Positions 24,279 to 37,730 of a stretch of DNA of 64,000 nt are shown one piece after another. Source of the stretch: Eledone cirrhosa (Eukaryota); the NCBI GenBank assembly GCA_964016885.1, contig OZ024747.1, positions 28,954,001 through 29,018,000 on the forward strand. The letters run 5' to 3'. Both the position numbers and the translations under genes were made by a program. Within the stretch, counting starts at the first letter, position 1, and each line of letters starts with the position of its first letter. The notes beneath the pieces were generated by a model, which was not told the DNA's origin, searched no databases, and was given only the letters and a program-made list of their open reading frames with translations.

Positions 24279-26385
24279 TGAATCTGCCATTGGAAACTCA
24301 GAAATGGAATTTAATGAAGAAGAAACTGTCAGTGTAAATACTCGAGACATTGACTTGTCTTTATTACGCAAGTCATTACAGGCGCGGGGTAAAACAATTG
24401 ACCAGCTTGTAAACTGTATATATTATGGCACTACTGAAGTCAGGCAGTATATTCTCAATGAATCCGATGTCATTATTGAATGTAAAGCATGCCGCAACCT
24501 TTTTCGAGCATTACCAAACTTTGTGGCCCACAAGAGGATTTACTGTATGGATTCACACCTCAATGTCAATATACCATTACTGCGGGACCCAGAAGAAGTA
24601 ATTTCTGTGAATCCTGAGCCACCAGATGGCGATGGTGAAGGTGATGATTTCATTGAAACGTCTATTGGTCTGGCGAAACAAAATTTGATGAATGGACGAG
24701 ATATGTCCCTTGATGAGAACTACATGAGTTCAGAGAGCGATACTGTAAGGTCAGAGACCCAGTTCTACGAGAGAATTTGCAATCAGCTTGAAAAGCAAAA
24801 ACCTGACCCCACAATTGGTGTTCGGTTTGAGCCAATTGAAGGAACTGATGTTGCTGTGAGAGTTGTGCCTCTCGCTTCAGAATGTGATGCTAAGCTAGCT
24901 CAGGAAAACAATTTATCAAAACAGAAAGTCCAGCTGTTTAACCATCCGAATAAGATACAATCTGGCTCCAAGGTTACTCTTAAAACGGATCTAAAAACAA
25001 AGAAAGATATTAAGTTAAAGGCGGACTTTCGGCAATTGCGCTGCTTGGAATGTAATCGGACAATGTCCTCTCGGCGTTATCTGGTGGAACACATTCTGAA
25101 TTTACACAGCGACAAGCGGCGATATTTCTCTTGTCCTTACTGCAAGGTTAAGTTCCGCTATTTTCACTGTGTTGTTCGTCATTTGCGAAGAGTCCATGAA
25201 TGTAGCAAGGATGTGATAGACAACATGCGTGAAAATCTCAGGAACTCTAGCTGGATCGAAAACTCTCCAAATAAAACAAATAATAAAGTACAACCATTGC
25301 CCTCAACATCTTCACATTTCAAAACTGAAGCTCCAAAGATTATATCCCCAAAGAACAAAGAACATTCTGGTAAAGTTCAAAAGCTGAAAGTGAAGTTATT
25401 TAGTCAAAAGAATATTCCTAGTAAAAGCAGCAACAACCATACAGATTTTTACCCCCCTCTTACTATTGTGAAGCAAGAGGTTTTAAGTGAAGAAGAGTCT
25501 GCAAAAGATTCTGATACAGAAATGAATGCAGCTAAAGATATGGACGTGAAAGACATGACAGGAAAACACCGGCCTCCTACTTTAGCTCAGAGAAAAAAGA
25601 TGGCCTTGCTAATGGATAAGAAAAGCTTGACCTGTTTACAGTGCAATCGGGGCTTTTCGAGAATGTCTGGTTTGGTGCGGCATGTTGCACACCATTTGGG
25701 CTGGAAACGATTCAAATGCAAGTTGTGTATGTACTCTGGCTATGACAGGTATGTTTGCAAATCGCATATTGAAAGAAACCACCTCGGTAAAGTACCTGGT
25801 CTAACAAGGAAAGTAATGGATTACTACATTGTTGACCTTGAGGATGGTAAAATTGTTAATCCAGATGGTACAAAAAGTAAGAAGTTAGGTATCAAACTTG
25901 GTGTAAATTCAACTAAGAAATCTGCTTTATCAGCAGCATCCACAGACACGAAACCAGTCACGGTCTGCACAAGTCTGGGAAATAGCAGTGGGCTTTCCAG
26001 TGTGGCCACTGTCCGACTTTCACCTCTTTCAAACGAACAACTCGAGTTGAGTAAAGGTTGTGCTATATCTGCAGACAAATCTGAGAAACCACTCAAAGGT
26101 TCTGACTTGAAAAAGAAACTCCTCTCTATGGTTGACTACAGAACTCTCAAGTGTCTCGAATGTAACAGAACATGGAACAAAAGATCACATTTACTGCGAC
26201 ACGCGGCACATCACATCGGATGGAAGCGGTTCAAATGCAAGCTGTGTGTGTTCTCAGGTTATGATCGCTACATGTGTAAATCTCACCTCAAACGATGCCA
26301 CCTGGGCAAAATCCATGGACTCACTGTAAAGGTACTTGACTACTATATCGTAGACATGATGGAGGAAGAAAATGAGGAGGTTTAA
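24279..26385 (+). CDS. ZNF800: ZNF800/Teflon-like C2H2 zinc-finger protein, main terminal exon
   Basis: Strong acceptor (ttctctttctctgtctttatag|) and a 693-aa ORF from 24304. The N-terminal block 'DLSLLRKSLQ..YGTTEVRQYILNESDVIIECKACRNLFRALPNFVAHKRIYC' matches the ZNF800 N-terminal C2HC motif as I recall it. Three further pairs of C2H2 fingers follow. Confidence 0.88.
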
Positions 26386-26664
26386 AGAAGAGAGATTTGT
26401 CACCATGATGGAAGGAAGAAATGTACTGTATGGGAACAGTGTATATGTGTTTATACATTACACACACATACATTTATGTAAGCATGTGTATTTGTGTTTA
26501 TACATGTGTGTTTACATATTACGCATACACATTGTGAATTAATGAGATAATTCTTCAACAGAATTTTGCTAAACTCCAAAATGTGTGTGAGTGTTTGTAT
26601 GTTTGTGTGTATGTTTGTATGTGTACATATATTTATATATATAGAAATGTGTTTGTCTGTTGTA

Positions 26665-26699
<35 letters not shown>

Positions 26700-27942
26700 G
26701 TATATGTGTGTATGTATGTACTCACAGTTACATATGGACATGCAAAACAAATGTTATATATTACAAGAGTTTGTGTGTATGTCTATATGTTTGTATATGC
26801 ACATACATAGACATACACACACCAACACACCAAAGGTTGTATTTTGTGTGAAATAGTCATAAAAAAAACCAACTAAAAATAAAAGTATATTGTAGTATAT
26901 AAACTCATATTGTGTACACAGCTACACATGCATTCACATAAAAATACACATACATATGTAATATAGAATGTATGAGTGTATGTGTGTGAGTTCATTTTAT
27001 TTAAATTTAAACCATATATTTAAAAAAAAAAACAAACAAAAAAGACCTAAGTGTAAGAAAACCCATTCCTGCTGTCTCTGAGATTTGAACTGTAGACTTA
27101 CTTTTTCACACTCATTCTTGAGAGACAGCTCTTAATTGTTCCAAAGATATGTCATTGTTGTCTAATTAGAAAACATGTATTCATCATTATTATCATCATA
27201 TCAGTGGATTGACACAATCATTTGTGCTTTGAGGCATCTAGTTATGACTTTTGCATTCTAGCTTCAACTCCCGCTGAGGTCTACTTTGCCTTTCTTCCTT
27301 CTGGGGTTGATAAAATAAAGTACCAGTTAAGTACTGGGGTTGGTGTATTCAACTTTCCCTTTCTCCCAAATTAATGGCATTGTGCCTAAATCAGAAACCA
27401 TTATTACTGTTATTAGACTTTTTGTTAATTCTGTCCTTGTCCATGTTTTTTTCTCTACCATTTCAAAGCTGCTGCTCCTCAGCAAGCATTTTTATTTTTA
27501 TTTATTTGTTTATTTTTAAAGCATTTTTAAAAAAGAGAATTGTTCATATTTCTGCAATGGAGTTTCAATTAGTATCTGATTACCCCCCCCCCCCCCCCAA
27601 AAAAAAAATGGAGATTTCTCTGAAAAGAATGAATATTACTTTACTTATCTACATATATATGAACCAGAGTATCCTCTCATTGGCTGGACCATATATATTA
27701 CTTTTTAATGGCAGGTAGCATTATTATTATTAAGTAATAAATATTTTTATTAAGAGGTGAGCAAAATGGCTAAAACAATTTTCAGTTTTAAGTTCGAACT
27801 TCACTGGAGTTTACATTTTTGTCATTTTGATCTATCTGGAGGTCAGTGAATAAATTCCTGATCAAATACTGGAGTAGATATGATTGATTGTTCTCTCTCC
27901 TCTCAACTCTGACCACCACAAAACTTTGGGTTGGTGTTAGAA

Positions 27943-27973
<31 letters not shown>

Positions 27974-28210
27974 CATTTTTATTTTTATTCATCTTAAAAA
28001 GTTTTTCAATTCAAAATCTCCTCAAGAAAGTTCATTTGTGGATATATGTTCATACACATGGTCACAATATCTCAACTAAATTTCTGATGAAACTTAACCA
28101 TGTAATGCTTTGCTGAGACATAGTGACCATGTGAACAAATCTGTTTTTAACATTGAGTTCTTTCTCGCCTGTGGGCCATTATAATCTAAAGATCAGAATC
28201 CAGTATGTCA

Positions 28211-28245
<35 letters not shown>

Positions 28246-28649
28246 ATGTAAATATTTTTTTTTATTTTTTTTTTATAAATTTGTAGTTGGAACAAATAGG
28301 GATATTTATTCTTGCTTGCTATGTTTTTAAAAAAAATTTTTTTTTAAATTTTCCAATTTAATTTTGTAAAGAAAATGGTAGATTCTTAAGTATGTAAGGT
28401 GTATCGTCTGACATGATTTCTTGTTTAGTTGTAGAATTATTTACTGTTTCACCAAACTTTGATTCTTCTGGTTGTGCAGAGTGAAAGTTTCCTTCTACGT
28501 GTTGTGATTGGTATTTCCCAAAGTATATCTTGTCAATGGATGGAGCCATGACAACTTTTCAATAAGAGCTGCAATCAGTTTCTTTCTTTCTTTCTCTCTC
28601 TCTTGCTATATATATATGTATGTATGTATATATATATATATATATATTA

Positions 28650-28850
28650 TAGTTAAAAGGTGTAGCCCCAACGGAGAGTCCGGCCGTTTCAACTTGTTCC
28701 ACAAGTTTCTTCAGGGGAGTTAACTCGAGTTGAAATTGATGAGCTATCCATTGGGACTACACCTTTTAACTATATAACTTCCCTGAAAAACTTGTGGAAC
28801 TCAAGTTGGAACGGACTGGCTCTCCCTTTGGACTTCATCTTTCAACTGTA
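28650..28850. mobile_element. Penelope-like pseudo-LTR remnant: inverted plus tandem ~75-nt hammerhead-bearing units in (TA)n
   Basis: 28650-28722 is the reverse complement of 28775-28850 and partly of 28727-28772. Flanked by (TA)n. Confidence 0.7.
28663..28722 (-). ncRNA. Type I hammerhead ribozyme motif
   Basis: Minus strand: uaacUCCC CUGAAGA AACUUGU gga ACAAGUU GAA ACGG ccggacucu CCGU U GGGG cua. Intact core, 7-bp stem II, 4-bp stem III, 4-bp stem I, GUU cleavage triplet. Confidence 0.8.
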
Positions 28851-29657
28851 TCTATTCTGTGTCTTAACATGACCCTGATTTGTGGTCTTTCCGGTCATCG
28901 CACCGTGGACACTTCATATATATGTATGTATATATATATATATTTCTTTTCCAACCTTCCAGATATCTTCAAAATATGGTGTTATTGGAGCTAGACACCA
29001 ACTTGAAAAATGCAGCAAAGACATTTTCCTTCTGAGTTTATTCTTTGAAAAAAATTTTCCCTTCCAAATATTTTGTCAAATGGAGCCATGACAACAATTT
29101 TGGTAGCTGGAATCATCCTCTCTCTTTTACCTTTCCAAAACATCACCATTTCTACCAGAAAACATTTTCCCCTGCTGAATATGTCATCAAATGGTAGTGA
29201 AATAGCTGCAAAAAATGGAATATATTGTTCACAGAATATTAACAGCTAACTTGGTTAACTGGTTACAATTGTGAACATACCCTCTACATAACTGCTGTTG
29301 TCATAAAGTTACAACAGCTCATATCAGTGAACATTGCTAATGGAGACAATGGTTCACTGGTTACAATGGTGAACTTCTCCCAATGTTGCCACATCTCACT
29401 GATAACTGCAATGATCATTTCCTAATGGATCCACAGCAGCTAACTGCTTACAACCATGAACATCTCTCAATTGAGCCGAAACAGCTCTCTGGTTATGACT
29501 GAACATCTTCAAATGTTGAACAGCTGCAGTTAATATTTTATCCCTGGATATTTTCTCATATGAAGAAAAATGCATAAAACAGTGGTGTTGGAGGAGCACT
29601 GAGATTATTTTCAATTTTTTAAAGAATATTTTTCATCTCCACCTTCAGTTTGTATTC

Positions 29658-29696
<39 letters not shown>

Positions 29697-30832
29697 TAAT
29701 ATGGCTGTGGGATGGAAGAATTGTTAGAGCGCTGAAAGAAATAGTTTGAATTATTTTTTCTTCCTCTTTACACTCTGAGTTTACATACTGCCATAGTCAA
29801 CTTTTCCTTTCATCCTTCTGGAATCAATTTAATCACCCACTCTCCTCCTCCTAAAAAAACAACAACAAAAAACTGGCCTTGTGCCTAAAGTAGAAATAAT
29901 TATAGTAAAATGAAAATCAACATATTCTTTCTTTCTTCCCTTCTCTCTTCTCTCACTGATTTAAAGAGTTATAGGTAAAGAATTAGGATTTCCACCAAAG
30001 AACTTGGTCACATCAAAGACTCTTTCTACGACATGACATACTCAGAGCTAAAGAATGACTGATAAATATAAAATCTTCTGATTTTGTCCCAAAATAAACT
30101 CAATTTGGAATGGGGGGTATTAAACCATGCAAAAACATGCATCATTGTGTTGCCATCTTTAGATTCTATATTTGTCGTATTTTTAGGGGTTTTCTCTACA
30201 TGTTTCCAGTTGAGAAATTTCATATAGATTCCTTACTACTCTAAGTTTTCTCTCACTGTGAGCTATCTTCACGGGAATTATTCTAAATTTTACCTGGGAA
30301 CCCACTCTCTGTGAGTAATTGGTGGAGTATGAGTTAAGTTATGTTGAATTTCTCGGCTTAGAAAATATATATTTGTGCTACTGCTATAGGGTAAGAAGTA
30401 CTCTCCTCTTTGTTTTGATTAGTCACAAAGCAGCTACCACCACTACCACTACGGGGTGTGTTGTTTGATTTCAATTTAAAGATTGGTCTGCATCTTAAGT
30501 TTTGAAAAAAAAATGTTTGTAAAGATCTTGCAGTTTCTGATCAGCAATCATAGCTGGCTGATTTTAGAAGCTGTAAATGTAATTACCATTGTATAGATGC
30601 AGCTGAAGAAGTACCATGCATTTTATTAGCTTGCAGTGCCCTTGTATAGTTCGTTGGGGTGGGGGGGGGAGGTATAAAAAGCTATTTCAGTACTTGTTTT
30701 CATTCATCTGGGACCAAACTTTCTATATATATATATATATTGTAATCAATCTTGCCTTGTATCCAGAACCTGGTTCTGATTTTGGTTGTGTCGGTTGGCT
30801 AGTGTGTAGTAATTTGTTCTGTGGACAGTAAC

Positions 30833-31150
30833 ATGGCTGAATAGTTAAGATGTTCACTTTGCAATCGTAAACTTCCAGGTTTGATCCCACTGTATGGCAT
30901 TTCTGGCAAGTTTATTTTACCAAAGCTTTTGGTTGGCCTAAGCCTTCTAAGGGAAATTGGGTAAATGGAAACTGTTTGGAAGCCTGTCGTGTGGGTTGTA
31001 CCTGCAATTTAAAGAGGCAGAGTTGTCACACAGTCTTGCGCAATTTCCCTGAGAATTACATTAAGGGCACATCCACTTACATATTAAATTAACCAGTAGG
31101 CTGTTCTGTTGACTGATCAACTGGAAAACTTGCCAGCAAATGCCATAGAG
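30833..31150 (+). mobile_element. SINE family B
   Basis: tRNA-like head (catggctgaatagttaag...ggtttgatccc) and a body shared with the 13012 and 36790 copies. Confidence 0.75.
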
Positions 31151-31654
31151 ATCCATTTATTTTCTAGTGGGCTATTGTGTGAAGCTGAAAGGCATCTATG
31201 ACTGGTTTCAGTTGAATGGTCTGTTTCTCTATTGGCAAGGAGTTAATAATGAACTGCTCTAATGAAGCATGGTGTTTAAGATTGCTAATGAGCAGAATTT
31301 GTTTTAGAATCCAAAGGTGATGAGTTCAGTTTAAACAGTCAGTTTGTGGCTAATTAACTGTAATTAATTATTGTGTGTGTGCTGGGACTCAATCATCTCC
31401 CCCAATAATTCCAGCCTGAAATTGAATATCTAAACCCCCTCTTTCCTAGTTATGTGGATGAGGTTAGAAAGACTACTTGATTACTTAATATATATGTATA
31501 TGTCCAACCCATGAAAGCATGGAAAAATGGACGTAAAATGGATAATCTATCCAACACCAAAAAACATGAAAAAAAATATTTTCCTTTTTTTAAAACTGAA
31601 AGAGAAAACAAAAGGAGAAAAGTTGCTGTAGAACTTGAGAATTTTATGTTGTCT

Positions 31655-32045
31655 TTATTTTACTGTGTATGGAATATATATTTTACTATGTATAGAATAT
31701 ATATTCTACTGTGTATGGAATATATATATTCTACTGTGTATGGAATATATATTCTACTGTGTATGGAATATATATTTTACTGTGTATGGAATATATATTT
31801 TACTGTCTATGGAATTTATAATCTACTGTCTATGGAATATATATTCTACTGTGTGTGAAATATATATTTTACTGTGTATGGAATATATATTCTACTGTGT
31901 GTGAAATATATGTTCTACAATCTATGAAATATATATTCTACTGTGTACAGAATATATATTTTACTGTGTATGAAAAAAAATTATTTACTTTGCATGGAAT
32001 ATATATTTACTCTGTATGGAACATATTTACTTTGTATGGAAGATA
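31655..32045. repeat. Minisatellite, ~21-23-bp unit (ggaatatatatt[tc]tactgtgtat), ~18 copies
   Basis: Seen directly; it explains the repetitive ORFs there. Confidence 0.95.
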
Positions 32046-32364
32046 TGTTACTCTCCAAGTCCACACAACAACCGGCTGACAACACTTATATATTTTCAAC
32101 ATATCTATATTCACTTTCATTGGAAATAGCTCCAAATTTGTTCCACAATATATATATTTGTCAGTGTGTGTATCTTAAAGACATGACTACTTTCCTGTCT
32201 CAGTTTCTTAGAATTGTTTCATATGTTCTAATAAGGCTACTACAGTTTGTTTAAAACAACAAAGTTCTGAGTTTCATAATTTTCTCAATGTTTGTTTTTT
32301 ATTTTTACTGGAAAAAAAGTAGTTTGTCTTCATCAGTACATGTATAAAAGAACAATTGTTCTCC

Positions 32365-32405
<41 letters not shown>

Positions 32406-34435
32406 GGGGGGGGGGGGGTGCATTTCCCCACTGCATTGGCTTAAATTGTTCCAAAAGTTTTGGACCATGGAAATTCTCTCCTTTGTTTATTTCTCATTCC
32501 CGAGAGGGAGTGTCAGTTTTGAAATTGTGACGATATTCTCAGTTGATAAAATTTGATTCCCTTCTCACCATTTTCAGACTGAGACTATTTGTATGTGTGT
32601 GTGTGGCGACATATTAATAGAATTGTTAGAATGTTTGATTAAATTCTTTGCTGTATTTTTTCTGGCTCACTGCAAACCAAATCCAAATCCCATCAAAGTC
32701 AGGGCGATTCTTTCTCTCTCTCTCTCTCTTTTTCTCTGGAAAAGATCATGTGTTCCAACCTGCAGAAGGATGGGCTCTGCCAGTTTTAAAGTGTGTCATG
32801 ACAGCATCCTTACAACTTCTTCAGGAATTAAAGGCCCTTACCTTTTTTATGTATATATATTTTGGGGACAGCTTTTCTTTTAAACTTGTTAGATTGTAAA
32901 CAAGATGGTGCTCTGGTGTTTCATTTCTTTGTATGAAGGGTTTTCATATTTTCTTAAGATGGAAAGAGACTCAAGGAAATATGAAATTACCCTTAATAGA
33001 GAAGATAAAATTAGAGTACAGTTGTGTTTACAATCTAATGCATACTTATATATATATATATTTTAACCCTTGCTAGCAGGGAAAATGGACATTAAATGAT
33101 TATATATATATATACACACACACACAAACACTCACTGATACATATATTTGAATGTGTGTACAGCTAAATAACTTACTAATGGTGACATAATAGTGGAGAA
33201 CATTATTATATACCAGACAACCTGAAGTATGTTGTATCATATTGAGAGGCTTAATAGAATGGTTGACACAGGTTTGATGTTGTGGACCATTAACACTCAG
33301 ACTGGCCCACAAAGTATTTCAGGTACATTAATCCCCACTTTCCTTTCAGCTGTTGTCCTGCTATTGTCTTGAAACCTTATCTGCCACCTAACTAAACCCA
33401 TTGCTTGTAACAACATCATGTTTTCTCTCTCTCCTTAACAATGTCACTAGTGCTGCCATTGTATGTTTGAAATGGTGGCTGTATTGACCACTATATTTTT
33501 CATGTGCATTGTAGATGGCCCTGTGGTTAAAATTTTATGCAGTACCTTTGTCATCACCATCATCACATAACGTCCATTTTCTATGCTAGTAAAGGTTGGA
33601 CAAGTTGTCACAGACCAAGTCAGTACTTAGTTTGCTTACATAAGATGCACTTTACAGAGTGTACTGTGTGCATTTTAGGGAGGTTGTTGTCCCTTGATAG
33701 AATTGAAGAGTCTTGTCAGCCTTTGTGCTATTTATTTTGACACCTTGTGTTCTAAGTTCACATCCTGCAAAGGTAATAAATGTAAAAGCAGTCAAGAGGT
33801 GGTGTACTGACAGTCGTTAGAGTTTAGGAGTATTTGTTCTGACTCTTTGCCTTCTGAGTTCATGTTCTTGAAAGGGATGGGCCTTGTGGTGCCCAAAACC
33901 CTAGTTGACAATAATGTTGACTCCCTTTCCCTCTAATTTTTAAACATTTTATTTGTTACTGTTCTCGTTTTTCTTTTAGTTTATTTTTCTTGTTTATTTT
34001 TTAACATTGAAGAAAAAATCCAGTTCATAATTAGACCCACCCCATTGTCTCTCTATAAACTAGGATGGTGAGTTTGGTAATAAACATTAAACACTGCAAG
34101 GTATTAAATCCTAATAGTAATAGTTTTGTCATTCTTTCATTCTCATACTTCTGATACATACTGTTCTATCGATATTTTCCTATTAATTTTGAAAATCATA
34201 ATAATAATAAAACGTTGCTGGGATTTAGTAGAATAATTAACTTTGTTAGCAAGCTGGTGTTTGAAACATAACTTAACAAAATGTTCTGAGTTATAAAATT
34301 ATGATCAGCAATTTTAATTTAAAATGGGTAGTTTTATGTAAAACCTGGGGCAGACTTGAGCATAGTTGGTATGAAGAGGGTTAAATTTAATTAAAATTTT
34401 ACCTATGTAAGGCAACAAATATGTTTTATAAAATA

Positions 34436-34613
34436 CAGGTAAAATTCTGTTATAACGAATACTACCATTATAATGAATTTTTCAGTATAACAATTTTTTT
34501 TTCAATACCCAGCCACATGCTTGATGTGTTAGATTGATCTCGTTATAAAGAATTTTTCATTACAACAAATTTTTTTTATACCCCGTGAATTTTGTTATAA
34601 CAAAATTTCACTG
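34436..34613. mobile_element. Tigger/pogo-like MITE
   Basis: ta|caggtaaaattctgttataacgaa ... ttgttataacaaaatttcactg inverted ends, with internal gttataa sub-repeats. Confidence 0.65.
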
Positions 34614-36789
34614 TGGTTTAAATTTTATCTTATTTTTTATTTAAAACCCCCTACTACTGTTATTTGTGTCATATTTTCAAAATAATTAGTATTATTCTAA
34701 GACAAACTAAAGAGATTGGGTAGTGTTTAACTATATTCCTTAAAATTGTGCTTCCAATTCAAGTTGGTTTGCTTTTCAATGAATCTATAGTAGTTCCTTC
34801 TATTCGTCTACTGGTTTCAGCCACTTCATTAATGCGATACTGAGGGTACCCCCAACCCCACCCACTCACACATTCAATTATATCTAGCCAAGTTTGGTAC
34901 TTATTTATTTTTAGGAATTTAAAAAAAATTTGTTTTATCTTTAGATTTAGAAATATGTTAGATTCTCTTCATAGTTCAAAATATATAAATATATTGCTTC
35001 CTCTTCAACCTAAAACTAAAAAATTCTTGGTATAAGAGGGGAAGCGATCAGTTTGTTATGCAGTGGAATGAAAGCAAATGAGAGAGGCCAAACAAAATAG
35101 ACAGACATAAAATAAAGTGTATTTAATCCAGTGATATTTAAATCCAGCAGTCAGAATAAAACCATTTATTTTAGAGTTGACACAAACCAGAAAACATTAT
35201 CAAAATAACTGAAATATTTTCTATAACACATACTTTTAATAAACTTTCCAATGTCATTTGTTCAAGAAATATTTTATTGGGTTTAAAATAATGATAATAA
35301 TAAAAACACATTTGCATTCAATGAATTCTGTTCTCTCTAAAAACTATAAAGGGTAATTTATATATGTGTGTGTATATGTATATATATATATGAGAGGAAG
35401 AGAATGAAATAGGAAAATCCACATTTCCTTCTTGAAGTTTTTGAAATTTCTGTGCCAAATATAAAATCTGCTTTCAAGGTTTTTTTTTTTTTTTACATAA
35501 TTTTGATTGGAAGACAAACGTATTCCTTTTAAATCTTTATCAATACACATACGTACATATATGTGTAATATGGAAAGATATATAATGCCAAAAATGGAAT
35601 GTTCAATTGAAACCTGGTCCTCTGACATGTTTAGAATGGTGATAACTCTTGAGTAACAACTAACTCAGACTGTTGCAATCCAGCTAACATATACCAACAT
35701 GGAAAATAAATGTAAAAATTGATAATATATATATATATCTTCATTTAATGTCCGATTTCCTTGCCAGGAAGATGGACGGGTTTCCATAGACTAGGTCAGT
35801 ACTGACGCTGGGCTACCAACCTCCCAGACAGACCGAAGGGTCTGCATCCTACTTACATATGATTATACATTCTATTGAATGCAGAGAAGTTTTTGAACTG
35901 TGAACACTACATGCACACACACATATATATATATAGAAATAAGTCTATATGTCTTGTTTGTTTCAATGTTGAGATTGTCTAAAATCTCTAAATACTTTGG
36001 TGATAGATCAACTGAAAGACTTCCTTCCAATGACATCTTGAATACTAGGTGTTTTTGGAAGCCTTAGCTCACTTGTGCTGCTTCTCTTTCTTCAATATGC
36101 CAGTGTATCAAAATATGTGCATGTGTGATTGTACATATATATATATATATATACCTTCAAAATGTCTGTTTCTCTCTGATCCTTGATCCTTCAGGCAACA
36201 AAAGATGTTTTCGTTTTGGTGCCTTTGTACCCTCAACTGTTATGGGCCTTTTTCACAACCTGCCAGAGCCTCCAAAACTTAACCCTTTTGTTACTTCCAG
36301 AGTAGACACACCAATGTTTAAAATTATTTATTTATTTCTGCTCATATTATTTAAGTGTTCTTAGTTTATCACACAATAATACAAACCTAGATTCATTTAC
36401 ATCTAATGGACTCCCATATCTTTTGATACTATTTAGATGAATTCGATATTTTTAATTCTTTTTTTTTTCATCCCTTCTTTCTACAATTAAATCAGATAAA
36501 AATAATATAATTTGGTTATTTCAGTGTATAAATCTCTTCATTTTTACCATTTTCTTTGTTGTAGTTATGCTTCAGTTATGGAAAATTTGTTTAAAAAAGA
36601 ATCTTTTCTTAAATTTAGTTTAAATATTTTTTTTCTCTACATTTCATTGTTTTCAATGTTGTTTTTCATTTAATTTACCGTCACCCTCTCAAATAAGCTG
36701 AAAAATTAAATACTTGACTTAACTGTTCACCTAACTAGCTTTTTGATATTGTTTTGTTGTCGTGTCAATTAAATTTTTGGACTTCTGTG

Positions 36790-37120
36790 GATACACCATG
36801 ATCAAATGGTTAAGAAGTCCACCTGGTTTGATCCCATTGCATCTTGGGTGAGTATCAGTTACCATAGATTTGAGTGAACTCAATCAAGCCTTGTGAGTGA
36901 AAATGGGTTAGATGGAGACTGTCTGGAAGCCCATCTGGTGTCCTGCACCTGTAATTTAAAGGGCTAATCTAGTCACACTGTCATGCTGAATTTTCCTGAG
37001 AATTGTTAAGGGTACACATATCTGTGGAATGCTCAACCACTTGCACATTAATTTCATATGCAGTCTGTTTTGTTCACAGAACAACTGAAATACTTATCAA
37101 AACTAACGGAGGCCCATTCC
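36790..37120 (+). mobile_element. SINE family B, CpG-decayed
   Basis: Homologous to 30833-31150. Confidence 0.7.
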
Positions 37121-37538
37121 ATTCCAAATATTAAACACTGTAGAGTTGTAGTGCTTGCTCTCTCCTGTGCTGTTAATGTCTTTGAGAAAGGTATGAACAT
37201 AACAGCATCCCTGCCCCCCTTGCATAACCAAAGAATTTATGGCCTTGTGCCAAAGAGAGAACTTCAAAAAGTTAAAATTGAGTTTTTGTTGGTGGTGGTC
37301 GTTAAGGGGTGGGGTAGGTTAAACATTTTTAGGTAGTGCCTTTCTGCTTCTGGAACCTTGGGTAAGTTCCCTGAAGCTAGGATACTTCTACAGCTAAATC
37401 ATTGGTTTGGGGGAATAGGCTATTCCTAAGCAGTGCTGATCTTTTAGAAACTTTTTCTTAATTATGATTTCCATCGCTAAGTTGTAATCACCAGCCCAAC
37501 CATATAGCACCATGTCAGTGACATATTATCCTCACCTT

Positions 37539-37730
37539 TGGCAGTATCGGTAGAGCGTCAGACACCATAATTTGCAGCACAGAGTTATGGCCCTTTACGT
37601 TCTGAGTTCAAATCCGCCGAGGTTAACTTTGCCTTTCATCCTTACTGGGTCGATAAAATAAAGCACCAGTAATGCACTGGGGTAATTGCTGGCCTTGTGC
37701 CAAAAGTAGAAATATTATTATTATTATTAT
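37539..37730 (+). mobile_element. SINE family A
   Basis: Head, core and (att)n tail all present. Confidence 0.88.

Noticed and set aside
31655-32045. Regularly spaced repeats resembling a CRISPR array
   Set aside because: Contiguous units with no unique spacers, no cas genes and a eukaryotic context; this is a minisatellite.
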